From NCBI GenBank assembly GCA_964016885.1, contig OZ024760.1, positions 11,656,001 through 11,720,000 of the forward strand: 64,000 nucleotides of DNA, written 5' to 3'. Within the stretch, counting starts at the first letter, position 1, and the number at the start of each line of letters is the position of its first letter. The DNA is from Eledone cirrhosa (lineage: Eukaryota). Positions 1-14,000 of the stretch are shown here, one piece after another. The notes below the pieces were generated by a model. The model was given only the letters and a program-made list of their open reading frames with translations. It was not told the DNA's origin and ran no database searches. Position numbers and translations under genes: made by a program.

Positions 1-480
1 GAGAAATACGATAGTGATACTAGCTGTTATTTCTAGCACAGATGACAACTAGCTATAGGATCAGTTGCACGCAAAATACATGTAATGACCTCTACAGGCT
101 GATAATGAGTAATATGTTGTGCGTTTAGCTGTTATTTCTGTTATGGTGACCACATATAGGATTACAGCTAACAAACTACCCGTAGTGACCTCTAGGGGGT
201 GAATTGTCACCTAACGATATGATCAAGGGAGATAACTAACTACTACATAGAATAATTGTGATTAACAATTCAGCCACCAGAGGTCGCTACATGTATTTTA
301 TGGACCATAGTCCTATATGTGGTCACCATTATAAACAGAAATAACAGCCAAGTCCATCACATATTACACATCATCAGCCACCAGAGGTCGCTACATGTAC
401 TTTATGTGCCGTAGTCCTATAGCTGGTTGTTCTCAGTGTTAGAAATAACAACTAAATCCATCACGTGTTATATCCTTCTG
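1..480. repeat. Fold-back/MITE-like repeat with ~100-bp subunits in inverted orientation
   Basis: gctgttatttct...gtgaccacatatagga...gacctct (two copies, 20-200) mirrored by agaggtcgctac...cctatatgtggtcacc...agaaataacagc (two copies, 275-470). Confidence 0.5.
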
Positions 481-1116
481 TCTTGAAAAATAAAATTTAA
501 AAAACAAATTTATATAAAGTCTGCTGAACAATATTTCTAATTTAAGCAGAAGACTAGAAATTTAGTGGGGGAAATCGATTAAATTTGACCAGGAATTGAT
601 TGATAACTTTTATCGATTTTGAAAGAATGAAAGTTAAAAGTTTTAATTTTTACAACCACATGGAGGCGATATATTTATAATTTTCCTAATGGTTTTTCTT
701 GTTTTTAACAAGTCTAAACTCCAAAACAGTGGGAAATTATTTAATTTTTGGTTATCGGTGACTAAAAAAAAAAACGAATAATCTCTGACGGTTTTGAAGG
801 AAAAATATAAATAAAGACAGGTGTAATTGTAAAAAAAAATTGTTTTTTTTTCCCGTTTAAGTTAGTTTTCAGTTTTTTCTTTATACCATACATTGTTTCT
901 ATCCCCTCCTTCTCTTTCATTAGTAAGATTTTATCTCGTATGTTTTATTTTATTTTGTATATTTGTGTTATGTACTGGATAATTGTTGGCCTTGTGCCAA
1001 AAGTAGACAATAATTATATTTATACAACTGTAAATAAAATACCCAGTGTTTATTTATATACCAGAGAGTGAAAATATATAACAACGTTGGAAAAAGGTTT
1101 ATATATGTATATGGAT

Positions 1117-1146
<30 letters not shown>

Positions 1147-1147
<1 letters not shown>

Positions 1148-1341
1148 ACGAAGGAAATGTGGTTAGGAACCAGGTGGACCATAACGCACCAAAGTACTCA
1201 ATACTTAGGGTAGTAGAATGGGTAATAGAAACAAGTAAGACCCCCGACGGCTGAGCTCAAGCCGTTTCGACGGCTAATTCAGTCCAGAATTAGCCGTCGA
1301 AACGGCTTGAGCTCAGCCGTCGGGGGTCTTACTTGTTCCTA
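1147..1341 (-). mobile_element. (TA)n-embedded hairpin-plus-tail element, family A copy 1 (PLE pLTR-like)
   Basis: Perfect 51-bp inverted repeat (1230-1280 / 1287-1337, loop AGTCCA), ~80-bp one-sided tail, (TA)n on both sides. Confidence 0.7.
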
Positions 1342-1499
1342 TATATATATATATATATACATACATATATAAACCTATATACCTATCTGTCTATATATAT
1401 ATATACAGAGAGAGAGACAGATAAGTGGTTATGTTGTATATAAGTATGTTTATGTTTAAACTCGAGCGACGACAGCATCCAAGGGGGAGATAACCTACT

Positions 1500-1851
1500 T
1501 GACACTGTAACCGTCAGGTGGCGCTGTAACCAATAGAATCCAATCCGATTGAAAGGCGCAAAATTCAACAACATAAATCTACGCGCCATCCACATATTTC
1601 CCTGACTGACTGTATATACACATGTATATATATTATATACACCAGCACTGGCTGTAGAATTTGCGAGTAAAATATAGATTAGTCATAGATCTATATTATT
1701 GGGGGTTTATTTTAATTAGAATAATATATATATATTTTTTTTTTAATTAAGTGGAAGGTCGCTTTAATTATATATTTAAATAATTAGTTTAGCTTAACTC
1801 GCTGTTTGAAGCGGGTGAGAACTATATCGTATTTTTTATTAGTAAAAGCAT

Positions 1852-1882
<31 letters not shown>

Positions 1883-1910
1883 GTTTTTTTTAATGTAATT
1901 TGGCGGTCAC
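1500..1910 (+). promoter_or_regulatory. Putative ESCO promoter with CCAAT boxes and CHR/E2F-like motifs
   Basis: Unique, CpG-containing sequence upstream of the ESCO ATG. CCAAT at ~1530 and ~1540, TTGAAAGGCGCAAA at ~1549, TTTGAA at ~1805, TTTGGCGG at ~1899. Motif-level evidence only. Confidence 0.35.
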
Positions 1911-2053
1911 TTTAATTAATTCAGTGTCACGCATTTACATATGAAGGTAAACATTTTAAGGTTGTGAATGTTGTCCTCTTTCGTAATTTAATTTTTTTTT
2001 TTTAGTTTTCATTCATTACCTGAACAATTTAGCGACGAATCCCGATAAGCACC

Positions 2054-5000
2054 ATGGAAAAGTCTCCCATAAGGTGAGTTAAGTGTCGATTTATTTTCAA
2101 AATCATAGATATATATATGTATATATATTTCAAAAATAAGGACCCCAACGGCTGAGCTCCTGCCGTTTCAACAGCTAGATCCGAACTCAGATTATAACTG
2201 ATGAAACGACAGGAGCTCAGCTGTCGGGTCCCCAGTTTTTCATATTACCCACTCTACTACCCCAAGTATTGAGTACTCTGGTGATGGTGAGTAATGGCCT
2301 AACTGGTTTTTATCGCTTCCATTCTGATATATATATATATATACACAGGGTGATTAGAATGCTGCTGAAGTATGTATACAGTTTTGGGGACACCCTGTAT
2401 ATTTATTACGAGGTCGATAAAATAAAGTACCAGTAATTCACTGAGATAATTGTCGGCCTTGTGCCAAAAGTAGAAATAATTATTATATTTATAATTATTT
2501 TCATGGCTTGGTCTTGAGTGGGAAACCTCAATTTTAAGGACTATAAAACTAACTTTAAAATAATATATGACGATCGGGGCCGCATAATTTACAAAACTTA
2601 AAATTAGTTGACCTTTTTTCTTAACTCGGGGTCATCATGACAGAAAATAATTTCATTGATTATATATTTTTTTAACAACCTACAAAACTCATTAATAAAA
2701 TTTATTTTTTGTCTTTTATTTATATAAAAACGTGATTTAATATATTTTTTATTTAATCAACTTTCCCCCGTTTTTTTTTTTGTTTTTTTTACACCCCTAA
2801 CAAAGTTTGTCTTTCAGCTTATATAAGTATATAGCTTAAGTATGGTAAGGGTAATTAGACTCGTACCAAGGTAGAGATGATCCTCTTCCGAGTATCGATA
2901 CCTCCTAGATGGGCATCAACACACATCTATATATACACACCTAACACACACACATATATATATATATATACACATTGCATCTATATATATCTTAAGTATG
3001 GTCATTTGGTACCCGTAAAGGGTAATTAGGCTCATGCCAAGGTAGAGATGATCCTCTTCTGAGTATCGATCATCACTTGGTATCGATACTCCCCAGATGG
3101 GCATCAATATGAGAATCTATAGTTAAACTTGAGCGGGTGGTTGGTCCATTCCTTCTCAAGCCTTGACTTTAAAATGTCTGATTAATAAGCGATTAACCCT
3201 TCGTTTTAGACCCCTTAATTATATATAATGGTTTTATAATTCAGGTACAATGACAACAATTTTTAGAGGAAAGAGGGTAGAAAGTCGATTAAATCGATCC
3301 CAGTACTTCACTATTTTATTTTATTTTATTTTATCAAACCCGGAAAATATGCGTTTTAATATTTTGAAAATAACGTTTCAATTTATTTCCAATTTACTTG
3401 GTTAATATTTTTCTTTTCTTCAATTTATTTTTCCTCTTTTTATATATAATTTGTGTTTTATTATGAAAATAGCATTTGTATAACTCATTGAATAATAATG
3501 ATAAAAGGAGAGAAAAATGTGGGGGTAGGGGCAATTCAGCACTAAGTGCGCCAATCGGCGGCACCTCACATCTTGGGGGTTAAACACTTTGAGGCAAGCC
3601 AACACGCTCACAGCATTACCACGGGTAATTTTCTAAAACTTCTTACACATTTGTGGGAATGTAGTAATTAATACATTCATGTGTTCGGTATTAAGCTATT
3701 ATGTACCAGTAATGCACTGGGTAATTGCTGGCCTTGTGCCTAAAGTAGAAACAATTATTAAGCTATTATGTTCAATCCCGCCGAGGTTAACTTTGCCTTT
3801 CATCCTTCCGGGGTCGATAAAATAAAGTACCAGTAATGCATTGGGTAATTGCTGGCCTTGTGCCAAAAGTAGAAACAATTATTAAACTATTATTGCTATT
3901 AAATCTACCCCTGGTGCGTTACTGATACTATAATTTATCGATCACCGTGGGAATGAAAGCAAAGCAAAGCTTTTAATCTTTTACCTTCTGAGTTAAAATC
4001 TCGCCGAGGTTAGCTTTACCTTTAATTCTTGCGGAGAGGTGGTAAAATATATATAGTACCTGTGACACACTGGGGTCAATTTAATCTACCTCACCCCTCT
4101 AAAAAAAAGAAAAAAATGTGTTGCCCTTGAATCTAAATCAGAAACCATTATTACCCGTCGAGGTTAACTTTGCCTGTCATCCTTACGGGGTCGATAAAAT
4201 AAAGTACCAGTAATACACTGGGTATTTGCTGGCCTTGTGCCAAAAGTAGAAACAATTATTATTATTAAAAATAAATTTAAAAATTCATTATTAATAAAGT
4301 ACCAGTAACCCACTAGGGTTTATTTAATCGGCTGTCGCCTCCCCCAAAATTGCTGGCCTTGTGCCTATATAAGAAACCCTTATTATTAGAGTATGGTAAA
4401 TTGGTAGAGCGTTAGACACCATGCTTTATGTTCTGAGTTCAAATCCCGCCGAGGCTAGCTTTGCCTTTCGTCCTTGCAGGGTCGGTAAAATAAAGCACCA
4501 GTAATACACTGGGTAATTGCTGGACTTGTACCAAAAGTAGAATCAATTAGTATTAGAGTAGCAACTGAATTCGGTCAAATCAACTCTCCCCCCTCCCCAC
4601 CTCGAAAAAATGTTGCCCTTGGAACGTTAAGTATTGTATCTTAGACCCTGGTACCCTTTGGTTATCTTCTCCTCCCACTTATTCCTTAGAAGGTGGGGGA
4701 GAGCAGTGCTTTAACACTCCTTCCAGCAGGTCCTGCCAGTTGGTTATCAAAAGGCTTGATATAATTAACTACATACATCCACTATAACCAGGGTTGGACT
4801 TTCACCTGCTGAGGTCCTTCCCTAAAAAATATATATAATAATTTTTTTTTATATATTAATGTTAATGATAAAGAATAAAATATATAATCTTTGGTGATTT
4901 AGTGTTAAAGAATTCTCAGCAGAGCTGTTGTGCTAGAGAACGGGTCGCAGATAGCATGTGGTTGGAATGTCTCAGGAAAGAATCACTGAACAGTTTTACA

Positions 5001-8000
5001 GGCAAAAACCAACCAGCAGGTGGCCCAGAGGTAGATCCCTGACCAAGATAGTTGGAGGTGGTTGCTACTTTCTGATGCGACCCAATGGAGTGTTTGAGGA
5101 CTGCTCCCCACAACCCTCTCAGGAATAAATGGATGAAGAAGTATTAAAGAATAAAAATGAGGGCCCTAAGCTATTTACCTTATAGTTAAACCCAGCACTG
5201 ACTAGCATCAGTATATATTTCTAATTTTCTTTGTTTTTCCTCAAAGCTGTTCTCTATAATCTGGAGAAGATTGTTCTGGAGGAATGAACCCAGCTGGTTT
5301 CCTCAAACCAAGAAGTTTAAACATCCTTCCAAAAAAAATACAACAGTGAGATGTAATGTTTGAATTGCGTTGTTGTTTCTGTTGATTCTGTTCTTGTTTT
5401 TTTGTTTCAATTTTGGTTTTAAAAAAAAGGCTAAGAAAAATAATTATTTCCCACCAGACGTGAGGGTAGGATGTAGATTGGTCCTTTATTACATTCAACG
5501 CGCATCCACTGGTCCTTTCACGTTGTCATGGGGACGGTCCTCAGAGACTCCTTCCAAATCCTGTCGGAAGCAACCGTTTCCAGATATCTGGGTCTTCTGC
5601 CAATTGATTTTACCTATAAAATCTGTCCAGCAATTCTTTCTTGAGAAATTCTAACCATGTCTATTGTATCGGAGCTGTGATCACTCAATTTGAGGCAGTA
5701 GCAGCCCTACCTGGAGTGACTCTGATCTCTGAGCTGTAAATCTGTCCAGCGATTCTTTCTTGAGAAATTCTAACCATGTCTATTGTATCGGAGCTGTGAT
5801 CACTCAATTTGAGGCAGTAGCAGCCCTACCTGGAGTGACTCTGATCTCTGAGCTGTAAATCTGTCCAGCAATTCTTTCCCCGATACATTCTAACTACATT
5901 TCTATAATATCAGAGGTGTGATCTCTCAATTCAGAGAAGTAGCAGCTCTACCTGCAGTGACTCAGTTCTAATATTCAATTCTGTTATCTTGTTTGTTTGC
6001 TTCTGTTGCTTATTTAAATTTCTACATTGGTTTCTAATCAACACAAACTGACAGGTGGGGGAAAGGTTGACAAGAAAACAAATAATTTCCTGATGTGTTT
6101 TGAATGAATACACCCTTTGAAACAGTTGTAAATTACTAATCTTTTGTGAGTCCCCCTACCCCACTCGAGCACACCCTGTTTCCACCAGCTGTTCAGATTG
6201 GTGGCTAGATGAAAGGTTAACTAAAATAATAATTGTTTCTACTTTAGGCACAAGGCCAGCAATTACCCAGTGCATTACTGGTACTTTATTTTATCGACCC
6301 CGTAAGGATGAAAGGCAAAGTCAACCTCGGCGGGATTTGAACTCAGATCGTAAAGGGACGTAACTATGCTGGAAAGTATGGCGTCCGACCCTCTCCCGAT
6401 ACTGCCAATCCACCGCCCCAATAATAATTTCCAATAGTTTTGAAGATCAGATTCCTCTTCAAATGAGATGGGTGTAATAGTAAAAATTAATTCTTCATTC
6501 TGGTTAACCTGTTTAAAACATTCCTTCATTCTTGTTCTGTTTTTACTAATCTTCAAAATCTTATGGACATTCAACGGTAATGGTGATTTGCAGTAATTTA
6601 AGCTCATTGTTAGTGTAAGTTAATTATAGTTCACCCTGTATATGTCATGAGGTAGGGCTGGTGCCTCAATGAAATACACCAGTCCACCTTGTATAATTAT
6701 AGTATATATATAGAGAGTAATGTAAATGTTAAAGGGTTAAAAACAGCAGATGGCTAGACTGGAAATCTTTAAAGTCTTAATGTTGCAAAATCATTGAGTG
6801 TGAGCCATTTGGGGATGGTTTACCATTATTTGGCAGTATCGGTAGAGGGTTGAACACCATGCAGCCCTTGCCATTCTAAGTTCAAATCCAGCCGAGGTTA
6901 GCTTTGCCTTTCATCCTTACGGGGGTCGATAAAGTACCAGTAATACACTAGGGTAATAGCTGGCCGACCTTGTGCCAAAAGTAGAAACAAATATTAGAAC
7001 ACCCGAATAAGCAAGCCATAATCCTGTTTTCTTATATACTTGCATCATGATTGGATGATGTAACTAAGCCATTGAAATGCGTATTGTGTTTTTGCAAGAT
7101 TAAAACTTTGACAAAGATTTCCAGTCCCAGCCATTTGTTGTTTTTAAATGAATATATATACTGTACACACACACACACAGACACAGACACACACACACAC
7201 ACACATGGTGGAAGGCAGGTGCTGATTAGTTCCATAAACTGGTGTAGGAATTGTTATACATGGGGGCTGTGTGAGGGGTTGCTATTGTAGGAGAGGATAA
7301 TGGTACAATGGGTGGTGTTCCTTCTATCCTCTCCCACCCCTCAAATTCTTGCTTTTATTTACCCATGTAATACACACCTGTCTCTTTTCCTCCAACTAGT
7401 TACCTTTCACACCCCCTCTCCTCCTCTAACTAGATACCCTCCCTCCTTCCTTTTCAACACACTCTCTGTCCATTGTTTTCTATCACCCCCCCCCCCCACA
7501 CACACACACACCCTTCCATTCTCTCATTCACCATTACTTCCTCTCTCCCCACCCAACCACCTTTTTAATTGCATGTTTACTCCTCTTCCTCCGCTTCTTT
7601 CCATTGTAGAGATGTCTTTGATTGTTTAAAGAAGGAAATACTGCATGTATGTTTAGTGGGGAAAGAGAGGCAAACTATTATGACAGAGAAAGAAAGAGAC
7701 AAACTGCTATAACAGAGAAGGAGAGAGACAAACTGTTATTGGTGTGTGTTGTAAATGTTATGTGAGGTAAAGGCTTTACTGTGAAAATACAATAGTATAT
7801 ATAGAGTAATGTAAATGCTATGTGAGGTAAAGGCTTTACTGTGAAAATACAATAGTATATATAGAGTAATGTAAATGCTATGTGAGGTAAAGGCTTTACT
7901 GTGAAAATACAATAGTATATATAGAGTAATGTAAATGCTATGTGAGGTAAAGGCTTTACTGTGAAAATACAATAGTATATATAGAGTAATGTAAATGCTA

Positions 8001-11000
8001 TGTGAGGTAAAGGCTTTACTGTGAAAATACAATAGTAAATATAGAGTAAAATATGTTATGTGAAGTAAAGCCTTTACTGTGAAAATATAATAGTAAATAT
8101 AGAGTAAAATATGTTATGTGAAGTAAAGCCTTTACTGTGAAAATGTGAATATAATAGTAAATATAGACTAAAATATGTTATGTGAAGTAAAGCCTTTACT
8201 GTGAAAATATAATAGTATATATAGAGTAATGTAGATGGTTTGTGAGATAAAACCTTTACTGTGAAAATACAATAGTATATATAGAGTAATGCAAGTGGTA
8301 AGAGGTTAAAACACCCCCCACCCCAACAACCCGAACCCTCTTCCCATGAGATGTAACTCCATAAACCTACATTGCTGTGATTTGTAACATGATAGGGTTG
8401 GGTCTGCTGTCATTAAAACGACCTCCGACTGCCCTTGGCATATAAACCTATATAGGTGGGAGTTGGAGCAACACGATAGGGCTGGAGCCCCTATTACTAA
8501 AGCACTCGGGGAAACATATGAGGCCAGCTAAGCCTGCGTTAGAAGTAAACTAGCAACATAATAGGGCTGGAGCCCCTATCATTAAAACACCCAAGAAACC
8601 ACATGGGGCCAGCTAAGTCTTCGTAGGTGAAAGCTGTAAAAAAAATAGGGGGGGGGGTCTTGTTTCTTTTATGGTTTTTCACATTCTTTGTATATTTCAT
8701 TTCAGCTTCTGCAGCTGCTTTAGCGAAGAAGACCTGTTGCTAGGTAACAGCAACGATAAGTCTTTCACTGCTAAATCTTTCTACGGTAGAGGCAGCTTCC
8801 CAACACCGAAACCCAGGGCTAAGTTGCCCTTTTATCTACGCTACTCCTTAGGTGACCTCACCGCTGGGAGCAACACTGAGAACGACATCGAGAAATCTCT
8901 CTTGTCAGATGTGACAAACACCCCCAGGGAGACAAGTTCACCTCCAACCCCCGAGGGCCATTGGAAGGTTGACGTGACCACTCCACCGTCTGTCTCTCCT
9001 GCACACCCTGAAGGATCCAGACTGACATCTGGTGTCCAACAGCGGAAGCCTTGCTACTACGTCGACCCCAGCGAACGGTCGCCTAAGAAATTTGTCCGAT
9101 CTGCGTCGGTCAGCAAACTTACTTCGAGGACTGACTTTATAAGGAGTGCACTTGTCAAGAATATAGGTGTCGTGATGCCTCATACACCCAGTTCTGTGTC
9201 TGAAGCAAATGTGAGCCCTCCCGTTGCAGGTGCAGGTGGTGGTGGTGGTGGTGGTGGTGGTGGAGGCAGCGAGCGCAGATTCTTCAAGAGTCGCCACTCG
9301 TTGAATGCTACCTCTCTCTCCCCAACATCGGTGAAACGGAGCAGAACGGGCAGTGCCACTGTTGTCCGGCCAGGATTCAGCTTGAATTTTGTACCCCGTC
9401 GACTCAGTGCTAGTTTTGGCAAGAGGAGGGAGAGGAAATCCCGAAATTCTCGTCCCTCTCAGCGGAAAAGACCCAGCTGTAGCAACAACCAGGTTGACGA
9501 AGAGCAACTTTTGCCCCCACTCTCAAATATCTTCCCCGAGCTTGAGCTCGAAGCTCTCCCTTCCCCCACAACTCTCAGACCCCTTGCAACAGGGGAGTGC
9601 AACCTTTCGAGAAATACCGGTGACCAGTTTGATAGCCAGCTACTGTCTCCCACCAAAGATATTTACGCCTCTTATTCCAATTCCTGTGAAGGTACCAGTT
9701 CTTCCCCCATGGTTCTCGACTCATCTAATTCCAACAGTTCTGAAAGTTCCAATGTTACTGGTAAGTCTTTTTTTTAATCTCTTCTCTGATGTTTTAAACG
9801 TGTGTTTTTAATGTGACATTACTTGGACACTGACCAAAAGACTAGAACTCAAGTTTGATGGAACTTATACACGGATGCTGAGGGCTGTACTTACATGGAC
9901 ACAGCATCCTACTATGGAACTGTTCTATAGTGTCATCCCTGATATATCTGGTGACACACCATCCTACTATAGAGCTGTTCTATAGTGTCACCCCTGCTGG
10001 TGAGCAAAGCAAGAACTTGCTAATGGTCCTTTGCTTTGGTCACCTCGCCATGGTCAGACGAGGGTTGGGAGACCAGTAATATAGAGACACAGGATGACCT
10101 CCCAACACTTACGCTTGACTGTGCTGGATGGTGGGCTGGGCTCATGAATGTCCGAACAAGCTTGACCAGATGGTGCTGATCATTGTTGTTGTTGTTTAAC
10201 CCTAGGTCAACCTGATACAGTAATACTATGATCAGTTGTTGTTTAGCCCTAGGTCAACCTGATACAGTAATACTATGATCAGTTGTTGTTTAGCCCTAGG
10301 TCAACCCGATACAGTAATACTATGATCAGTTGTTGTTTAACCCTAGGTCAACCTGATACAGTAATACTATGATCAGTTGTTGTTTAACCCTAGGTCAACC
10401 TGATACAGTAATTTATTGACCCCGTAAGGATGAAAGGCAAAGTTAACCTCTCATAATAATAATGTTGGTGAAGACTTTTATTTTTTTATGTTTTTTGCTG
10501 TTTCTTTTGCAGAAAAACCTCGTCTGTTTCCAATCTTCTCTCACAGAAAAAACATGTTACAACAAGCGACATTAAGGTGAGTTTTAGTGGTTAGTGGTTG
10601 GGGTCCCAACTCTTTCATATTACCACACTCTACTACCTCAAGTATTGAGTATTCTGGTGAGTAATGGTCTTACAGGTTTTTCCTGCGGCAGGTCCTTTCA
10701 GAAGCACCCATCTCGGTTAGGATCTCCAAACGAAACCAGTTGAGCTCATGGATGTTATTCAAACATCTTGCATGACATCCATGAATTTGGCTAGTCTCAC
10801 CTGGGGATCCAGCCGAATCAATTGGGGACAGTTGCTTCTGACAGGACTCATCTTTGTTCAGTTTTGATATTGTCTTCTAGTTTCTCACATTCAATTATTA
10901 TTTTATATATATATGTTTTTGTTCTTCTCTCCATTATCCCCACTATTTCTCTGCCACCATCTGCTTCCTGGTGCCAAATTTAGGGCTGCTTCAGAGACCA

Positions 11001-14000
11001 GCATTCTGTTGCCAAGGTTCATCAAAACCAGTGCCGATGCTAACCAGATGACTTTGGTAAGTATTGCTTTTGTACACTTTAACACTTTTGATATCAGAGG
11101 TTGGGCACCTTTTCGTGTTGAAAGGCCACATTAAGTTACTTGTAATATAAGGCCGTAGTTCAAGAAACCATAATTATATATTCTTAAATTTTCATTATTT
11201 TGTTAAAAAACTAATTACTGTGTACTGATTGTCTAAAGAATGAAAAAATACTCAATTTTAAAGCTAACTACCTTTTAACGACTTTGTTGTGGCTGCTTGT
11301 AGGAAAACAGTTTGATATTTGGCTACAATATGGTGACCCGAGGTAGACAAAATAATAATAAAATACATATAAAAATGTGAAAGGTTAATTGCTAGAACAG
11401 CAGTTAAAACAACTAAATTCTGTCAAAGATAGCGGTGGGCAAAAATGTCTCAGGGGATAGAAACCAGCTGATTGTCTCTCTGTTGACCACTGGCCGTTGG
11501 TCTCTCTCTGTCCTCTGGGGCATTTTTGTTGTGACATCTGCACGACCTCTTTACAGGGTGGGCTGGGTGCTTTTTGCTGTGACACCTGCACGGCCACTTT
11601 ACAGTGTGGGCTGGGTGCTTTTTGCTGTGACACCTGCACGGCCACTTTACAGGGTGGGCTGGGTGCTTTTTGCTGTGACACCTGCACGGCCACTTTACAG
11701 TGTAGGCTGGGTGCTTTTTGCTGTGACACCTGCACGGCCACTTTACAGGGTAGGCTGGGTGCTTAATGCTGTGACACCTGCACGGCCACTTTACAGGGTG
11801 GGCTGGGTGCTTAATGCTGTGACACCTGCACGGCCACTTTACAGTGTGGGCTGGGTGCTTTTTGCTGTGACACCTGCACGGCCACTTTACAGTGTAGGCT
11901 GGGTGCTTTTTGCTGTGACACCTGCACGGCCACTTTACAGTGTGGGCTGGGTGCTTAATGCTGTGACACCTGCACGGCCACTTTACAGGGTGGGCTGGGT
12001 GCTTTTTGCTGTGACACCTGTACGGCCACTTTACAGTGTAGGCTGGGTGCTTTTTGCTGTGACACCTGCACGGCCACTTTACAGTGTGGGCTGGGTGCTT
12101 AATGCTGTGACACCTGCACGGCCACTTTACAGTGTGGGCTGGGTGCTTAATGCTGTGACACCTGCACGGCCACTTTACAGTGTGGGCTGGGTGCTTAATG
12201 CTGTGACACCTGCACGACCACTTTACAGTGTGGGCTGGGTGCTTAATGCTGTGACACCTGCACGACCACTTTACAGTGTAGGCTGGGTGCTTTTTGCTGT
12301 GACACCTGCACGACCACTTTACAGGGTGGGCTGGGTGCTTAATGCTGTGACACCTGCACGGCCACTTTACAGGGTGGGCTGGGTGCTTAATGCTGTGACA
12401 CCTACAGAACCACTTTACAGTGTAGGCTGGGTGCTTTTTGCTGTGACACCATATCTTTATACATTTTTTTCTCACCCTCCAGGATGCCGGACAGAAGAAA
12501 TTTGGTGCCATTCAATGCCCTCAGTGTGGTATGGTCTACACGAGAGCTGACCCTATGGATGAGACCACACATGCCAGATTCCATTACTCAGTTTTGACTA
12601 CTCTCAAGTTTATGGTCAGTCATCATCTTCATCATTTAATGTCCATTTTTCCTTGCTGAAAATCAAACTCCTGACCTTAAGATTGAGCTGAACACTGGCC
12701 ATTTAGTCACATGCTTTCTCCCACACACATATCCATGTTCTAACATGTTTTTTGTTTTTTTGTTTGTTTTTTTATATTTATTTATTTATTAATTATTTTA
12801 TCCCCGTTCCTTCCTTTAAATAAATATTTTCCAGGGTTGGAAGAAAGAAAGAGTTGTCCATGAATATTCCGATACAGGGAGTCGGATCATACTTGTCTTG
12901 CCTGATGACCCTAAATATGCCATCCGTAAGGTGAGTCTCAACATCACAGCTTTACATTAACTATATATACTACTATATTTTCACAGTAAAGGCTTTATCT
13001 CACATACCATTTACATTACTCTATATTTACTACTATATTTTCACAGTGAAGGTTTTACCTCACATAACATTTACATTAACTCTATATATACTATTGTATT
13101 TTCACAGTAAAGGCTTTACCTCACATAATATCTCACATAACATTTACATTACTCTATATTTACTACTGTATTTTCACAGTAAAGGCTTTACCTCACATAA
13201 CATTTACATTACTCTATATTTACTATTATATTTTCACAGTAAAGGCTTTATCTCACATAACATTTACATTACTCTATATATACCATTGTATTTTCAATTC
13301 ATCTTTGTATGTTGTTTCCTTTAGGTTGAAGATATTAATCAAATGATGGGCCAAGAACTTGGTTTTCCAGACAGTACCATATCTTTCCAGTATAACTACA
13401 AGGTAAGAGAGAAATTTTTATATTTACATGTTAAACCACTTTGTGTTATAAAAGAACCTCTTGGGCAGGATAAAATCGTAATTCACAATAAACACAGCAA
13501 TTGAACGAAGACTGTGTTACACTGTCTTACACAGTAATCAGTAACGTAATCCATGATACATTAAAAAAAGATGATATATATAAACTGCATTAGGAGAAAA
13601 TTAGTATGTTTATTTAAGCGATGGCTAACCGGAAGTGTTGACATTTCAGAAATTTTGAAGAAGTGAATTTTTAAATAAACAAAATATATTTAATCAACAG
13701 CCACAAAATTTAGTAGATAAATTATGTAATATTCATTCATTATTTATTCAAAGTAATCCAACTTATTTTACTAATGGGATAAAAAATTATAAACCGTACA
13801 CAGTCCCGCGCTCCTTTATTATAGTTTAGATGGTAAGGGTTAAGTGTTCCTTCCCTTCATCACTCATTCGTCTTGTATTCTAGGTCTTTCTGTACATCTC
13901 TGAAGTAAAACGAATTGAGGGCTGCTGTATTGCTGAAGAAATTAAAGAGGTATGTCAAATTGTGTGTGTTGGTTAGCTTCATCATCGTTTAACATCCATG

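Noticed and set aside
8938-9811. Antisense and alternate-frame ORFs over the large ESCO exon
   Set aside because: Shadow ORFs of GC-richer coding sequence, with no recognisable motifs.
11435-12550. 371-aa and 353-aa repetitive ORFs on both strands
   Set aside because: Products of a 48-bp (multiple of 3) intronic minisatellite; they overlap a real ESCO exon in another frame.
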